Assembly (NCBI GenBank): GCA_963734635.1
Contig: CAVTIA010000002.1
Location: 486,406-550,405 of the forward strand
Source: an uncultured Acidobacteriota bacterium
GTDB taxonomy: Bacteria; Acidobacteriota; Vicinamibacteria; Vicinamibacterales; UBA2999
Length of the DNA stretch: 64,000 bases
Direction: 5' to 3'
In this document: in pieces, positions 1 through 13,314 of the stretch
How the letters are laid out: each line of letters opens with the position of its first letter
Position numbering within the stretch: position 1 is the stretch's first letter
The notes under the pieces: model-generated
Databases searched by the model: none
Told to the model about the DNA's origin: nothing
Seen by the model: the letters and a program-made list of their open reading frames with translations, nothing else
Translations under genes and position numbers: made by a program

Positions 1-1
1 G

Positions 2-364
2 GCTGACGCGTTTGCAGAAATTGCCACATGGCACGAATTTCCTGGCGTCCTCGACCTTGCGAATTTCGCGGTCGTGGCGCGGCCAGGAACGACAATCGAC
101 CATGCGCTGGCGCGCACTCCGGAACTGCGTACGCGCACGCGCCCACCCGCGTCTCACGTCGCGGAGCGCGGCTCGACCGGCCTGTTTCTCGTTGAAGCAC
201 ACACGCGCGACATTTCATCGACACTGATCCGACAACGGCTCGCCGCGCGAGAGTCGATTGACGATCTTGTGCCCTCGGCGGTGGCCCGGCACATTGCCGC
301 ACATCATTTGTATCAGGTGGAAGACGACTTGCATGGCACTCACACGAACCACCACGGTGCGTAA
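2..364 (+). CDS. nadD: nicotinate-nucleotide adenylyltransferase, C-terminal part (5' end lies outside the window)
   Basis: The frame is open from the window edge. The translation FAEIATWHEFPGVLDLANFAVVARPGT...HTRDISSTLIRQRL resembles the NadD C-terminus. It is followed by rsfS, as in the conserved nadD-rsfS pair. Confidence 0.8.
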   Translation, partial: ADAFAEIATWHEFPGVLDLANFAVVARPGTTIDHALARTPELRTRTRPPASHVAERGSTGLFLVEAHTRDISSTLIRQRLAARESIDDLVPSAVARHIAAHHLYQVEDDLHGTHTNHHGA

Positions 365-755
365 ACCGGTCGGCGCAAAGAAGCGCGCCGTGAGCAGAGC
401 CGCACGGCTCCCGAAGGAAGTCACAGGAGCGGTCCACGCCGCACAGAGCAAGAAGGCATCCGACGTCGTAGTCCTGGACCTCCGCAAAGCAGGTGGATTC
501 ACCGACTACTTCGTGATCTGCACGGGCGGCAGCGGACGTCAGATCCAGGCCATTGCCGACGCCGTGAAGGAAACGCTGAAGAAGGACTTTGGCGAGCGGC
601 CCGTACTCGCCGAAGGGATCGAAAGGTCGGAATGGATTCTGCTCGACTACTTCGATTTCGTCGTGCACATCTTCAGCGTCGACTGCCGCGCCTTTTACGG
701 GCTGGAGCGGCTGTGGGGCAACGCCGAGCGGCACGAGTTTGCCGCGCCGGCCTAG
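333..755 (+). CDS. rsfS: ribosome silencing factor RsfS (iojap-like)
   Basis: SDVVVLDLRKAGGFTDYFVICTGGSGRQIQAIADAV...WILLDYFDFVVHIF is the typical RsfS core. The start was placed at the internal ATG at 333; the start position is uncertain. Confidence 0.85.
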   Translation: MALTRTTTVRKPVGAKKRAVSRAARLPKEVTGAVHAAQSKKASDVVVLDLRKAGGFTDYFVICTGGSGRQIQAIADAVKETLKKDFGERPVLAEGIERSEWILLDYFDFVVHIFSVDCRAFYGLERLWGNAERHEFAAPA

Positions 756-1505
756 ACGCCCTCCTCGCGATTACGCTCGCTCCGCGCTGCGCTGCGTGCG
801 CAGCAGTGCTCTCTGCACCACTCGATGGTCCCGTCTGTGCCTCGTGTTGGAGCGGCGTCGTACCGCTGATTCCGCCCTTCTGCCGCACGTGCGGCGACCC
901 GCTGCCGTCGTGGCGCGTCATCAGCACCGCGCTCGAAAAGTGCCCGCGTTGCCGCCGTGGCGGCTACTTGTTCAGCGCTGCCCGCGCGGCCGGCAACTAC
1001 GAAGGGACACTGCGCGACATCCTTCACGCGTTCAAGTACGACAGCCGTCGCAGCCTGGCGCGTCCGCTTGGCATAATGCTGCGCACCGCAGGCGCCGAAT
1101 CTGCTCGCCGACGCGCACTGTGCCGTGCCCGTGCCGCTCCATCCGTGGCGTCGATTGCGTCGTGGATTCAATCAGGCAGAAGTGCTTGCCGTGCAACTCG
1201 GTCTGCCGATGACACGTGCGCTCTGGCGCAGACGCGCCACAGCGCCACAGACCGGACTTCACGCCGCGGCGCGCCGGCAAAACGTCAGCGGCGCGTTCAC
1301 GCTGTCACCGTTCGGAACGGGGGAGTCGCGCCAAATCTGGCTCGCGGACCGAGTCGTCGTCCTCGTCGATGATGTGCGCACGACCGGCGCGACGCTGAAT
1401 GCCTGCGCGGCCGTGCTCCTCGAGGCTGGAGCGCGTGAGGTGCGGGCACTGACCGTTGCCCGCGCGGCGCCGCCCGCGCCGCGTTCCTCAGGAGTGCATC
1501 AATGA
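713..1505 (+). pseudogene. comF: ComF-family amidophosphoribosyltransferase-like protein, frame-disrupted near 1090-1100
   Basis: The N-terminal zinc-ribbon part (PRCAACAAVL...CASCW...CRTCG...CPRCR) is in the frame of ORF 632..1372. The C-terminal part (LLADAHCAVPVPLHPWRRLRRGFNQAE...VVLVDDVRTTGATL) is in the frame of ORF 1125..1505. A one-base shift joins the two. The start (GTG at 713) is uncertain. Confidence 0.75.
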
Positions 1506-1540
1506 TGCCGCCAAATGCGCCTGGAATCCGTCAGTTCGCG

Positions 1541-2131
1541 TCAACCTCGAGAGATTGCGCCACTGACGCGTACACATCGGCGGCGACGACGGTCACGGTC
1601 GCGATCTGCGTCGAGGCGTACCCACCCTTCGCTCCTCGCCTGACGGAGATAGCTGTCGCGAACGCGGGCCAGCAGCGACAGGTCGCGCTCGTACCGGTCG
1701 CGGTCGCGCTGCTTCCGTCGGGCGGATACCTCCGGTGAAATGTCGAGCAGGACTGTCACGTCCGGTTGAGGAAGGTATTTCTGGATGCTTGTGAGCCATC
1801 CCGGCTCCAGGCCGTGCGCTTCGCCGTACGCGACACTGGAAGCGAGATAGCGATCGCAAATCAGGATCGTTCCCTGACTCCGGGCAGTGACAATCCGATC
1901 CCTCCATTCGTAGCGGTTCGCCACGTATAGAAGCTGCATGAGGTCTGGCGGGTAGTGACGGTCGCCCCGCAGCGCGCTCGCGATCTCGCCGCCAATCGGC
2001 GTGTCGTAGTCCGGGAACGAGAGAAGCTTCACGTCGCGTCCCTGACCGACGAAGCGATCTCGCAAGAGCTCGGCCTGCGTTTGCTTGCCGCTCTGGTCGA
2101 GTCCCTCGAACGCGATCAGGAGACCTTTCAC
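1541..2131 (-). CDS. tmk: thymidylate kinase
   Basis: N-terminal P-loop IAFEGLDQSGKQTQ, then DRYLASSVAYG. The length of 196 aa fits. The start lies 3 nt after the lysA stop. Confidence 0.9.
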   Translation of the reverse strand: MKGLLIAFEGLDQSGKQTQAELLRDRFVGQGRDVKLLSFPDYDTPIGGEIASALRGDRHYPPDLMQLLYVANRYEWRDRIVTARSQGTILICDRYLASSVAYGEAHGLEPGWLTSIQKYLPQPDVTVLLDISPEVSARRKQRDRDRYERDLSLLARVRDSYLRQARSEGWVRLDADRDRDRRRRRCVRVSGAISRG

Positions 2132-2133
2132 TC

Positions 2134-3391
2134 TTAGACTTCCAGCGCCAGGACATCGTCAATGGTCTGGCGGCGCCGTATCAGCGTCCACTGCCCATCG
2201 TCAACGAGCACCTCGGCCGGCAGGAGGTGGCGGTTATAGTTCGACGCCATCACTGACCCGTAGGCGCCCGTGTCGAGAATCGCCACCAAATCGTCTACTT
2301 CGAGGGGCGGCAGCGCTCGATCACGGGCAAAGACATCGCTGCTCTCGCAGATTGGCCCGACGATGTCCCATGGAGCGGAAGGCGAGGGGCGAGGGCGCAC
2401 CGGCACGATCTGGTGATAGGACCCATACAACGCGGGTCGAATGAGCTCGCCCATACCCGCGTCGAGCACGGCAAGCCGCCGGCCGTCTGGATAACGCTTC
2501 GTATCGACGACGCGGGCGACCAGCGCGCCGGCATGGCCAACAACTGCGCGGCCCGGCTCGAGGAGCAGCGGCAGGCCCGTTCGACGGACTTCAGGAATCA
2601 CTACCGCGGCATAATCGGCGGCGCTGATGATCGGGACGCCCCTCGTACGCGATTCCCAGGCCGCCTCCCACGTCCACGTGCTCCAGCGCGATCCCGTCGT
2701 CGCGAAGCTCCAGCGCGAGAGTCGCCAGGGCCCGCGCGGCCCGCTGCAACGGATCGACCGTCGTGATCTGCGATCCGATGTGTACATGGACTCCGACGAA
2801 CCGGAGACCGGGACGGCCGCGGCGCTCGCGGTAGATCGTCCGCGCGTCCTCGAGCGACACGCCGAACTTGTTGATCTTCAGGCCGGTTGAAATGTTCGGA
2901 TGACTGCCAGCGTCGATATCCGGATTGACGCGCAGCGCCACTCGCGCCTCGCGCCCCTGCGACTCGGCGAGCGCCGCAATGCGATCGAGCTCACCGCCCG
3001 ATTCGGCGTTAATCGCGCCGACGCCAATGGCGATCGCGCGCTCCAGCTCGGCGCGCGTCTTGCCGACTCCGGTGAACACGATGTCGGCTGGTGTACATCC
3101 CGCGCAGAGTGCGACCGCGATCTCGCCGCCGGAGTTTGCGTCGAATGCACTGCCGATCGACCTGAGCAGGCGGACGATCGCGAGCGTCGAATTCGCTTTC
3201 AGTGCGTAATGAATGCGGTGCGGATGCGCCGCGAACGCCTCATCAATGGCGCGATAGCCGTGGCGAATGGCTCGAGCGCTGTAGACGTAGACGGGCGTAT
3301 CGACGCGCTCAACGATCGATTCGAGGCCTACGCCGTCGCACACAAGACCCGTATCGGTGTGCGTGAACGATTGGTACACGAACGTCGGCAT
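2134..3391 (-). pseudogene. lysA: diaminopimelate decarboxylase, single frameshift at a CCCC run (2639-2642)
   Basis: ORF 2591..3418 carries HYALKANS...GGGLGIAYEG. ORF 2134..2787 continues VPIISAADYAAV...EPGRAVVG...CESSDVF...GAYG. Removing one G from the minus-strand GGGG gives YEGVPIISAADY in a single frame. An alternative start is the GTG at 3418. Confidence 0.85.
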
Positions 3392-3462
3392 GTTATCATG
3401 CGCGCATTGATGGCTCACCGCGCACGTGTGCGCGTCGCGCCTGCAATGCCTGCTGCGCGAGC

Positions 3463-3813
3463 ATGAATCTGACCACCGATCGCTCGCAAGGCGTTTCCAT
3501 CGTCCGCGTCAACGAGACGCGTCTGCTGTATCCACTCCTGTCAGAGTTCGCAACCACGATTTCTGCGCTGATCGGCTCGGGCGAGTACCGGTTGCTGCTG
3601 GATCTTTCGAGCGTCACCTACGTCGACAGCGCCACGATCGGATGTCTGATGGATCTCTATCGGCAGGCGGCCGCGGCAGGCGGCAGCCTCAAGCTCGCGG
3701 GCGTCCAGAAGCGCGTCGAGTCGATGCTGACGATGACCGGCGCGCAGGATGTGCTCGAGATACACGCCGACGAGCCATCGGCGATCAAGAGCTTCGGGTC
3801 GAACGGAAAATAG
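3463..3813 (+). CDS. STAS-domain anti-sigma-factor antagonist (SpoIIAA-like)
   Basis: 116 aa. LLLDLSSVTYVDSATIGCLMDLYRQAAAAGGSLKLAGVQKRV is the STAS pattern with the conserved phosphorylatable Ser region. Confidence 0.75.
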   Translation: MNLTTDRSQGVSIVRVNETRLLYPLLSEFATTISALIGSGEYRLLLDLSSVTYVDSATIGCLMDLYRQAAAAGGSLKLAGVQKRVESMLTMTGAQDVLEIHADEPSAIKSFGSNGK

Positions 3814-3823
3814 AAAACGGCCC

Positions 3824-4738
3824 TCAGTTCACAGCGGACGCAGCGCTCTTTACAGATACGGCAGCCGCTGGGACAACCGACGGCTTTATCGGCGCTTCGA
3901 CGAGCGTCCAGGCATCGACTTCGTCGAGCACGCGAGCAGCGAACTCCGTGTGCAAGGCGTGCCCCCCGCGATGGGCGACGAGATGCCCGATGATCGGGTG
4001 ACCCACGAGCGCCATATCGCCAATAACGTCCAGAATCTTGTGACGAACGAACTCGTCGTCGAATCTCAAGGCGTTATTCAGGACACCCGTATCGCCGATC
4101 ACAATCGCGTTTTCGAGCGAGCCGCCAAGCGCGAGTCCCTGCTGGCGCATCATCTCGACTTCTTCGAGAAACCCGAACGTCCGCGCGGGTGCGATTTCGT
4201 CGACGAACGATTCCTCCGTCAGGCGGACCGTTCGAGACTGGTGTCGCAGCAGCGGGTGATCGAACGCGATGCTGTATGTAATCTTGAAGTGGTCGGACGG
4301 ATACAGCGCGATCCGCTTGTCGCCGCGCGACAGCGAAATCGGTCGGATGATCTTCATGTAGCGCCGCGGCGCCGTGAGCTGCTTCAGACCCGCTTCCTGA
4401 ATCAGGTAGATGAACGGGGCAGCGCTGCCGTCCATGATGGGGACTTCCGGGGAATTCAGCTCGACGATCACGTTGTCGACGCCCAGGCTGACGAAGGCCG
4501 CCAGCAGGTGTTCAACGGTATCGACGCGGACAGCGTCGCGGCTCAGGCCGGTGGCGTGATTGATGCCGCCGACGTGCCTGACCGTTGCCGGAACCTCGAG
4601 GCCACCGAGATCGAACCGGCGGAATCGAATACCCGTGTCAACGGGAGCAGGCTTGAGGGAAAGGGTGACTTTGTTGCCTGAGTGAAGGCCGATCCCCACG
4701 CAGGTGATCGATCGGCGAAGTGTCCGTTGTGCGTGCAT
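3824..4738 (-). CDS. lpxC: UDP-3-O-acyl-N-acetylglucosamine deacetylase
   Basis: The N-terminus QRTLRRSITCVGIGLHSGNKVTLSLKPAPVDTGIRF and GHPIIGHLVAHRGGHALH match the LpxC signature regions. Confidence 0.9.
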   Translation of the reverse strand: MHAQRTLRRSITCVGIGLHSGNKVTLSLKPAPVDTGIRFRRFDLGGLEVPATVRHVGGINHATGLSRDAVRVDTVEHLLAAFVSLGVDNVIVELNSPEVPIMDGSAAPFIYLIQEAGLKQLTAPRRYMKIIRPISLSRGDKRIALYPSDHFKITYSIAFDHPLLRHQSRTVRLTEESFVDEIAPARTFGFLEEVEMMRQQGLALGGSLENAIVIGDTGVLNNALRFDDEFVRHKILDVIGDMALVGHPIIGHLVAHRGGHALHTEFAARVLDEVDAWTLVEAPIKPSVVPAAAVSVKSAASAVN

Positions 4739-4940
4739 CAGGCTCCCTGGCCGTAGTTGAGGGGCTTAGTCCAGGAAGCAAGCGGAGTGCCGAGCTCTGC
4801 AATTGTTCTGGGATTCCCTAACTGCTTGCCTGTGAGTCTGTTGCGGGGTGACAGCACGAAAGTCATCGATTTCGTGCTACGCGGTGTTGCATCTTCGCAA
4901 CAACATCCATCGGAGTGTTGTGGCGAATTTACCACACCTC

Positions 4941-7871
<2,931 letters not shown>

Positions 7872-7912
7872 ACCCACTGCCAGGAATTCCGTGGTTACCC
7901 GAAACCCCCATT

Positions 7913-9397
7913 CTAGCGCAGACGCGAATGGCGATACCCGTAAAGCCCGTAGACAAGGGCTCCGAGGATGAGCCACACGATGAAACGCTCCCATGCCTGG
8001 CGTGGCAGGCCGACCATCACGAACAGGCACGCAGCAATCCCGAGGGGCGCGACGACCCACACGTAGGGCACACGGAATGGCCGCGGGCGTTCCGGTTCGG
8101 TGACCCGAAGTACGAGCACACCGGCGCACACAAGGGCGAACGCGAACAGCGTCCCGATGTTCGTAAGATCGTAGGTTTCGGCGGCATCCCCAAGCAGCGA
8201 TGCCACCGCCACGACGACTCCTGTCAGGAGCGTCGTCGTGTAGGGAATGCGCGTTTTACGATCCACGCGCGCCGCCCATGCGGGCAAGAGCCCGTCGCGC
8301 GCCATCGCAAAGAAGATGCGCGGCTGACCGTACTGAAACACCAGGAGCACCGCTGACATGGAAACCACCGCGCCCAGCGCGACCAGCCAGCCAACGCCGG
8401 CGTATCCCGCCAATTCGAGCGCGCGGGCCAGCGGGTCGGCGACCGCGAGTTGATCGTACCGAACCATGCCTGTCAGCACGGCGCCCACGATGACATAGAT
8501 GACCGTGCACACCGCCAGGCCGCCGAGAATCCCGATCGGGAGGTTACGCTGCGGATTGCGCGTCTCTTCGGCAGCTGTCGACACCGCATCGAAGCCGATG
8601 TACGCAAAGAACACGATTGCCGCGCCCTGGTGGATGCCGGTAAAGCCGTTCGGCGCAAACGGTGCGTAGTTCGACGCGTCGATGTTCATCAATCCCACGG
8701 CGACGAAGAGTCCCAATGCGAGCAGCTTGACGACCACCATCACGTTGTTGGCCGTCGAGCTCTCGCGGGCCCCGCGCAGCAGGAGCCATGTGATGAACAT
8801 GACAATTGCGAAGGCAGGCACGTTCACGAGCAACGGCACGCCCGCAATACGAGGCGCCGTCTCGAGCAGTGCCTGAACGTCGGAATTCGAACTCAGTAAC
8901 GCGGTGCGATACCCGGTGGTCAACCAGGCGGGGAGATCGATCCCCACACCGCGCGTCAACGTGGTGAAGTAGTCGCCCCAGGAGATCGCTACCGCGACGT
9001 TCCCGACCGCATATTCGAGAATGAGATCCCATCCGATGATCCAGGCCACCACCTCGCCGAGCGTCGCATAGGCGTAGGCGTAAGCGCTACCGGCCTGCGG
9101 GATCATCGCGGCGAGCTCCGCATAACAGAGGGCCGCCAGCGCGCAGGCGGCGCCAAGCAGCAGGAAAGAAAGAATGAGCGCCGGGCCGGCGCCGTATCGA
9201 ATGACCTCACCATTGGGTCCCGTCTGGCCCGCGGCCGCTGTCCCTATGGCGCCGAAAATGCCAGCACCAATGACGGCGCCGATCGCAAGCATGACCAGAT
9301 CGCCAGCGCCAAACACGCGTCGCAGGGAGCACGCCTCGTCGCCGGGTGGCTGCAACTCGGAGATTGGCTTGCGTGCGAACAGATGCGGCACGGGCAC
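7913..9397 (-). CDS. APC-family amino acid permease
   Basis: 494 aa and multi-pass hydrophobic. The N-terminal motif [16 protein letters not shown] is typical of the amino acid/polyamine/organocation family. Confidence 0.85.
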   Translation of the reverse strand: MPVPHLFARKPISELQPPGDEACSLRRVFGAGDLVMLAIGAVIGAGIFGAIGTAAAGQTGPNGEVIRYGAGPALILSFLLLGAACALAALCYAELAAMIPQAGSAYAYAYATLGEVVAWIIGWDLILEYAVGNVAVAISWGDYFTTLTRGVGIDLPAWLTTGYRTALLSSNSDVQALLETAPRIAGVPLLVNVPAFAIVMFITWLLLRGARESSTANNVMVVVKLLALGLFVAVGLMNIDASNYAPFAPNGFTGIHQGAAIVFFAYIGFDAVSTAAEETRNPQRNLPIGILGGLAVCTVIYVIVGAVLTGMVRYDQLAVADPLARALELAGYAGVGWLVALGAVVSMSAVLLVFQYGQPRIFFAMARDGLLPAWAARVDRKTRIPYTTTLLTGVVVAVASLLGDAAETYDLTNIGTLFAFALVCAGVLVLRVTEPERPRPFRVPYVWVVAPLGIAACLFVMVGLPRQAWERFIVWLILGALVYGLYGYRHSRLR

Positions 9398-9441
9398 GAC
9401 TCTAAACCCTTCGCTCGTCGTAAGGTTCGTGCACTTCGTGC

Positions 9442-10416
9442 TTAGTCAAAGCGGTAGGCGGTTTCGTTCGAGGAGACGACCATCTCGCCGTTCGGTCCGA
9501 ACGCGACGCCGACGAGCGCCGTTCCTGACACCACGAGCTCGGGCTTCGCTTCAAGGTCCCGAAACCGGTAAACACCGCTGCCCCCGGCGAGCGCATCCAC
9601 TACGTGAAGCGCGCCGTCCGGGGCAAACGCCAGACCCTGCGGCCTGCCGAGCGGGCACGGAAGCGGATGCACCTCTCCCTTGCGATCGATGCGGTAGATG
9701 TAGTCGTACGCGTTGAGCGTTGGCGCTGTGACGAACAGCTCCTGCTCGCTGCTCATTGCCAGGTGGAACGCGGCGACGCTGGCGGGAATCGTCGCAAACG
9801 CGGCAGGACGACTATCACGTACGCGAAATACGGTTCCCGATCGATCCCCCACGTACATCGATCCCTCGTCGTCGAACGCAATCCCGCACGCGACGCCCAG
9901 ATCGCTCGCCACCTGCTCATGCGAACCGTCGTTCTTGATCCGGTAGACAGCGCCCTCGAAGCGGCTGGACACATAGAGGTCTCCATCCGGACCGAAGGCG
10001 AACGAAGTCGCGTTGACGATTCCCGATGAAAACGACTCGCGCGTGCCGCTGGCGGTCACGCGGAATATCGATACCGGGGCCTCCTGACCTCGCGGCCCGC
10101 TGTAGGTGACGAAAAGATTGCCTGCCCGGTCGAATACAGGGTTGTCGACCTGGTGCAGTCCAGTCGCCCAGCGGGTGCCAATCGTGACATAAGCGGTTTC
10201 GAGCGTCGCGCCCGGAACTTTCATCGCCGCGCGGCCCCCTTCCAGGTCCGCCGGAATGATGACCACGAGGCGGCTGGACGCTGCGAATGCCACTCGCGCA
10301 ACGGTCTCGCCGAGCTGCACCGTCTTTACGTCGTCGACTGAAAACTCGGAACCGAGAATCGTGATCCGCCCACCCTCAACCGCACGAAGCGGGTGGACGG
10401 ACGTGATGGCCGGCAC
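9442..10416 (-). CDS. IPT/TIG domain plus NHL/SMP-30-like beta-propeller protein
   Basis: The N-terminal ITSVHPLRAVEGGRITILGSEF is IPT-like. It is followed by repeated blades of the type GPDGDLYVS, DDEGSMYVGD, APDGALHVVD and GPNGEMVVS. Confidence 0.65.
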   Translation of the reverse strand: MPAITSVHPLRAVEGGRITILGSEFSVDDVKTVQLGETVARVAFAASSRLVVIIPADLEGGRAAMKVPGATLETAYVTIGTRWATGLHQVDNPVFDRAGNLFVTYSGPRGQEAPVSIFRVTASGTRESFSSGIVNATSFAFGPDGDLYVSSRFEGAVYRIKNDGSHEQVASDLGVACGIAFDDEGSMYVGDRSGTVFRVRDSRPAAFATIPASVAAFHLAMSSEQELFVTAPTLNAYDYIYRIDRKGEVHPLPCPLGRPQGLAFAPDGALHVVDALAGGSGVYRFRDLEAKPELVVSGTALVGVAFGPNGEMVVSSNETAYRFD

Positions 10417-10485
10417 GGGAAGATCCTACTCTTTGCGTTCCCGCGGACCTGCAGGTTTTGATTGTGCGGGTGTCCCGCGGGGACG

Positions 10486-11019
10486 TCAGGTCTGGTCGAG
10501 CTCGACGTTCCAGTACAGATAATCGCGCCAGCTCTCTGGAGCGTTGCGGAGCCCGATGGTGATGCGGATCGCAGGCGCCGAATCGGGACGCCGAGGCGTG
10601 CGCAGCAGCTTCATCCCGGCCTCGCTCGGCGTGCGCCCGCCCTTCTTGCGATTGCACGAAATGCAGCAGGTAACGATGTTTTCCCAGTCCTTGCGCCCGC
10701 CGTGGGCGACCGGCACCACGTGATCGAACGTGAGCTCACCGATTGGCATCGTCTCGTCGCAGTACTGGCAGGTGTAATTGTCGCGGGCGTAGATGTTCGC
10801 GCGGGAAAACGGCACGTAGTCGAACCTACGCTTTATCTTTACGAAACGGAGCAGGCGGATGACCGAAGGCAGCTTGAAGCTGAACGATACGGCCCTTACC
10901 TCGCGGTCATGGACGGCGATCACCTCCACTTTCCCCTGGCACCAGAGCGTCACGGCCTTCTGCCAGTGGACGACTTTCAGGGGCTCATACGAGGCGTTCA
11001 GAAGGAGTGCCTGCTCCAT
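10486..11019 (-). CDS. HNH endonuclease (McrA-like small stand-alone form)
   Basis: CQYCDE...LTFDHVVPVAHGGRKDWENIVTCCISCNRKKG is a complete HNH/zinc-finger motif. Length 177 aa. Confidence 0.85.
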   Translation of the reverse strand: MEQALLLNASYEPLKVVHWQKAVTLWCQGKVEVIAVHDREVRAVSFSFKLPSVIRLLRFVKIKRRFDYVPFSRANIYARDNYTCQYCDETMPIGELTFDHVVPVAHGGRKDWENIVTCCISCNRKKGGRTPSEAGMKLLRTPRRPDSAPAIRITIGLRNAPESWRDYLYWNVELDQT

Positions 11020-11117
11020 CGGATCAGATTCAATGATAACCGGCCCCCACCTGAGCTGTCCAGAATGGCTGACGTAGAAGACTAGACATCTCAGCGAGTT
11101 ACGTCGATATTACACAT

Positions 11118-11741
11118 GTGCCCAGACGTGCGTTGGTCGTCCTCGTGGCCCTCGTGACCGCCGGATGCGCCGCGAGGGGGGCCACGCCGCGACCGTTTCC
11201 TGGCGCTGCTCTTCCTCCCGGCGCCGGCAGCACACCCGATGCCGCGACCCCACCTGATCGTGGCGCTCCGGCGGGTGCCGAGTCGCCCACTGTTGCGGCG
11301 GAATTGGAACCTGGAGCCTTGACCGACCTCATTCAGACGGCAATGGATTTCCTGGGAGTTCCGTACCGGAATGGCGGCAGCGACCCGTCGGGATTCGACT
11401 GCAGCGGGCTGGTGCAGTGGGTGTTCGCCCGGCACGGCGCGATGCTGCCTCGCGAAGCGAAGGATCAATATCGCGCCGGGCGCGGTGTCGATCTGCGCGA
11501 CGTGCAGCCTGGAGATTTGATCTTTTTCGAGACCGTAAGCCGCGGCGCGTCACACGTAGGCATCGTGATCGGCGAAGGGCGTTTCATTCACGCGCCGAGC
11601 TCGAACGGCGTCGTGCGCGTTGAGCCCTATACCGCGAACTATTGGATTCGCCGTTACGTCGGTGCACGCCGGGTGATCGATGTCACCGCTTCCGCCGCCG
11701 CGGCGGCGGGCCTTCCTGGATCCGAGAGATCCTCTCGATAA
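11118..11741 (+). CDS. NlpC/P60 (C40) cell-wall peptidase lipoprotein
   Basis: Lipobox LVTAGC, then GVPYRNGGSDPSGFDCSGLVQWVF...SHVGIVIGEGRFIHAP, which is the catalytic Cys/His pattern. Confidence 0.85.
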   Translation: MPRRALVVLVALVTAGCAARGATPRPFPGAALPPGAGSTPDAATPPDRGAPAGAESPTVAAELEPGALTDLIQTAMDFLGVPYRNGGSDPSGFDCSGLVQWVFARHGAMLPREAKDQYRAGRGVDLRDVQPGDLIFFETVSRGASHVGIVIGEGRFIHAPSSNGVVRVEPYTANYWIRRYVGARRVIDVTASAAAAAGLPGSERSSR

Positions 11742-12060
11742 CGTCTTCGTGCAGCACGCGCATGTAGCGCCGCGTTTCTTCGTCGCCGCTGCTGATTCGT
11801 AGTTCCAACCGAGCAACTACATCGCCAAGTAGTGAGTGCATCTCACGCCGGGTCTCCTGGTCGCCGGCTCGTATTTCCGTGCGGACGCCCTCGACAGCTG
11901 CCGCTATTTCCTGCCGAATGGCAGAAAATTCAGCGCGCATATCGTCCCCGAGTTGCAAAATTTGCGATTCGAGTGCCGTCATGCGAGCGGGCAGGAGCTC
12001 AAGACCTTCCACTTTTCGTTCGAGAATTTCGATTCGGTGGATCAAAATTGCGTCCGGCAT
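11683..12060 (-). CDS. hypothetical coiled-coil protein
   Basis: 125 aa. Charged heptad-like text with recurring E-x-R-x-E segments (MRAEFSAIRQEI, VRTEIRAGDQETRREM, EETRRYM). It overlaps the 3' end of the convergent NlpC/P60 gene by 59 nt. I recognise no family. Confidence 0.45.
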   Translation of the reverse strand: MPDAILIHRIEILERKVEGLELLPARMTALESQILQLGDDMRAEFSAIRQEIAAAVEGVRTEIRAGDQETRREMHSLLGDVVARLELRISSGDEETRRYMRVLHEDVIERISRIQEGPPPRRRKR

Positions 12061-12221
12061 GCCGTGGCTCTATCCCGCTGGATGTGCCACGTGCGTGCCG
12101 GCGGGACGACGGTAGCATCGTCAGAGCGTCGGCGCAAACCAGGGCCGAGCCGGACGCGACGAACGCAGGTGATCGAAATCCCGTCTCCGTGTCTCTGTAT
12201 CTCTGTGGGTCCGTGATCGCA

Positions 12222-12282
12222 GTCCGGCTGAAGCCGGACACTACTACTGAATCCGTACGGTCCGGCTAAAGCCGGACACTGA
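12222..12282. repeat. REP-like stem-loops, family A, two copies
   Basis: gtccggctgaagccggacactacta and gtccggctaaagccggacactga, in the gap between the coiled-coil gene and the HExxH gene. Confidence 0.85.
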
Positions 12283-12305
12283 CGTGTACTCAGGCGGTTA
12301 CGTAC

Positions 12306-13121
12306 TCAGGCGGCGCGGAAGTCGCCGGTTGCGCGGCGTGTAGTGGTCCGAAGGAACTGTCTCGTGTTCAGATCGTCTTCCGTGTACGCGGCGATCACGC
12401 GGGGCACACGCAACGGCTCAACACGGCAGTTCACATCGGGCGGTGCCGCCGGCTGCGGTTGCAGCACCTCTGTGTACCGCTGCGGGTAGGACGGAAACGC
12501 ACGGAAGGTGGTGCCAACCACACCACCGTATCTGTTCGTGAGATCGTCGAAATTGTGCCGCAGGAAATCGCACACCTGCGGATCCGGCTTCGAATCGAGA
12601 TACTGATTCACCATCTCCACGACGTTCGTAAAGAATCGATCGCCGTGACAGTTCGCCGAATAGGTACCGTCCGCGCGCTCCATGCGTCGAATGCCGGGAC
12701 GCTGCGGATCGATGTGATAGAGCTCGTGAACGATCGTGTCCAGCTTGGCCACCCAGTTCGGCTGTCCCTTGTAGTGAAGCTGCTTGCGGCTGCGCGCCAG
12801 CATCTGATCGCAGAAACGCGGCAGCGCAAACGACACCATGTAGTCGACCGAATCCCCTTCGACGTGCACACGAGGCGACTTGGTGACGAACCACTCGGAT
12901 CGACGCGTGAAGTGACCCGTGTCGCGATCGCGCCAGTAGTAGTAACCAGGCTCGCTTGGCGGCAGGCAGATGCAGTGGCACGTGGCGTACGCGCCCTCGG
13001 CGGCCGTGCGGCCCGCGCGCGCAAATACCAGCACGCGCTTCATGTCGATGAACGACAACGTGGGCACGCGAGCCACGATGTCCGTCATCAGCCGGAAAAG
13101 ATGGTCCGTGTAATTGATCAT
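12306..13121 (-). CDS. uncharacterised protein with an HExxH zinc-metallopeptidase-like motif
   Basis: LDTIVHELYHIDPQRPGIRR contains HELYH. Several Cys/His residues are present (CHCICLP, ANCHGDRF). The start was set at the internal ATG (MINYTDH...). Confidence 0.5.
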   Translation of the reverse strand: MINYTDHLFRLMTDIVARVPTLSFIDMKRVLVFARAGRTAAEGAYATCHCICLPPSEPGYYYWRDRDTGHFTRRSEWFVTKSPRVHVEGDSVDYMVSFALPRFCDQMLARSRKQLHYKGQPNWVAKLDTIVHELYHIDPQRPGIRRMERADGTYSANCHGDRFFTNVVEMVNQYLDSKPDPQVCDFLRHNFDDLTNRYGGVVGTTFRAFPSYPQRYTEVLQPQPAAPPDVNCRVEPLRVPRVIAAYTEDDLNTRQFLRTTTRRATGDFRAA

Positions 13122-13314
13122 CGCAATCCGCCGCCGTACAGAAATGCGCCGCACAAAATCCCCGCTTGTAGGAGATGCAGCGGCCTTCAGCGCAATTCTT
13201 TCGCGCGCGTTTCAGTTGTGCGTTGTGAACGAGCCGCGTCGATTATATAGCTTTATCGGTGCGACTTTTCGCGCACTTCACTCAACAATTCGTCGTTTTT
13301 TCGCAGATCGTCGC

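Noticed and set aside
4739-4940. Possible tRNA or small RNA in the 200-nt lpxC-uvrA gap (the GTTCTGGGATTCCC segment looked T-arm-like)
   Set aside because: No complementary acceptor stem and no D-arm or anticodon-arm geometry could be drawn. It is more likely the lpxC 5' UTR with small hairpins (cacgaaa...tttcgtg).
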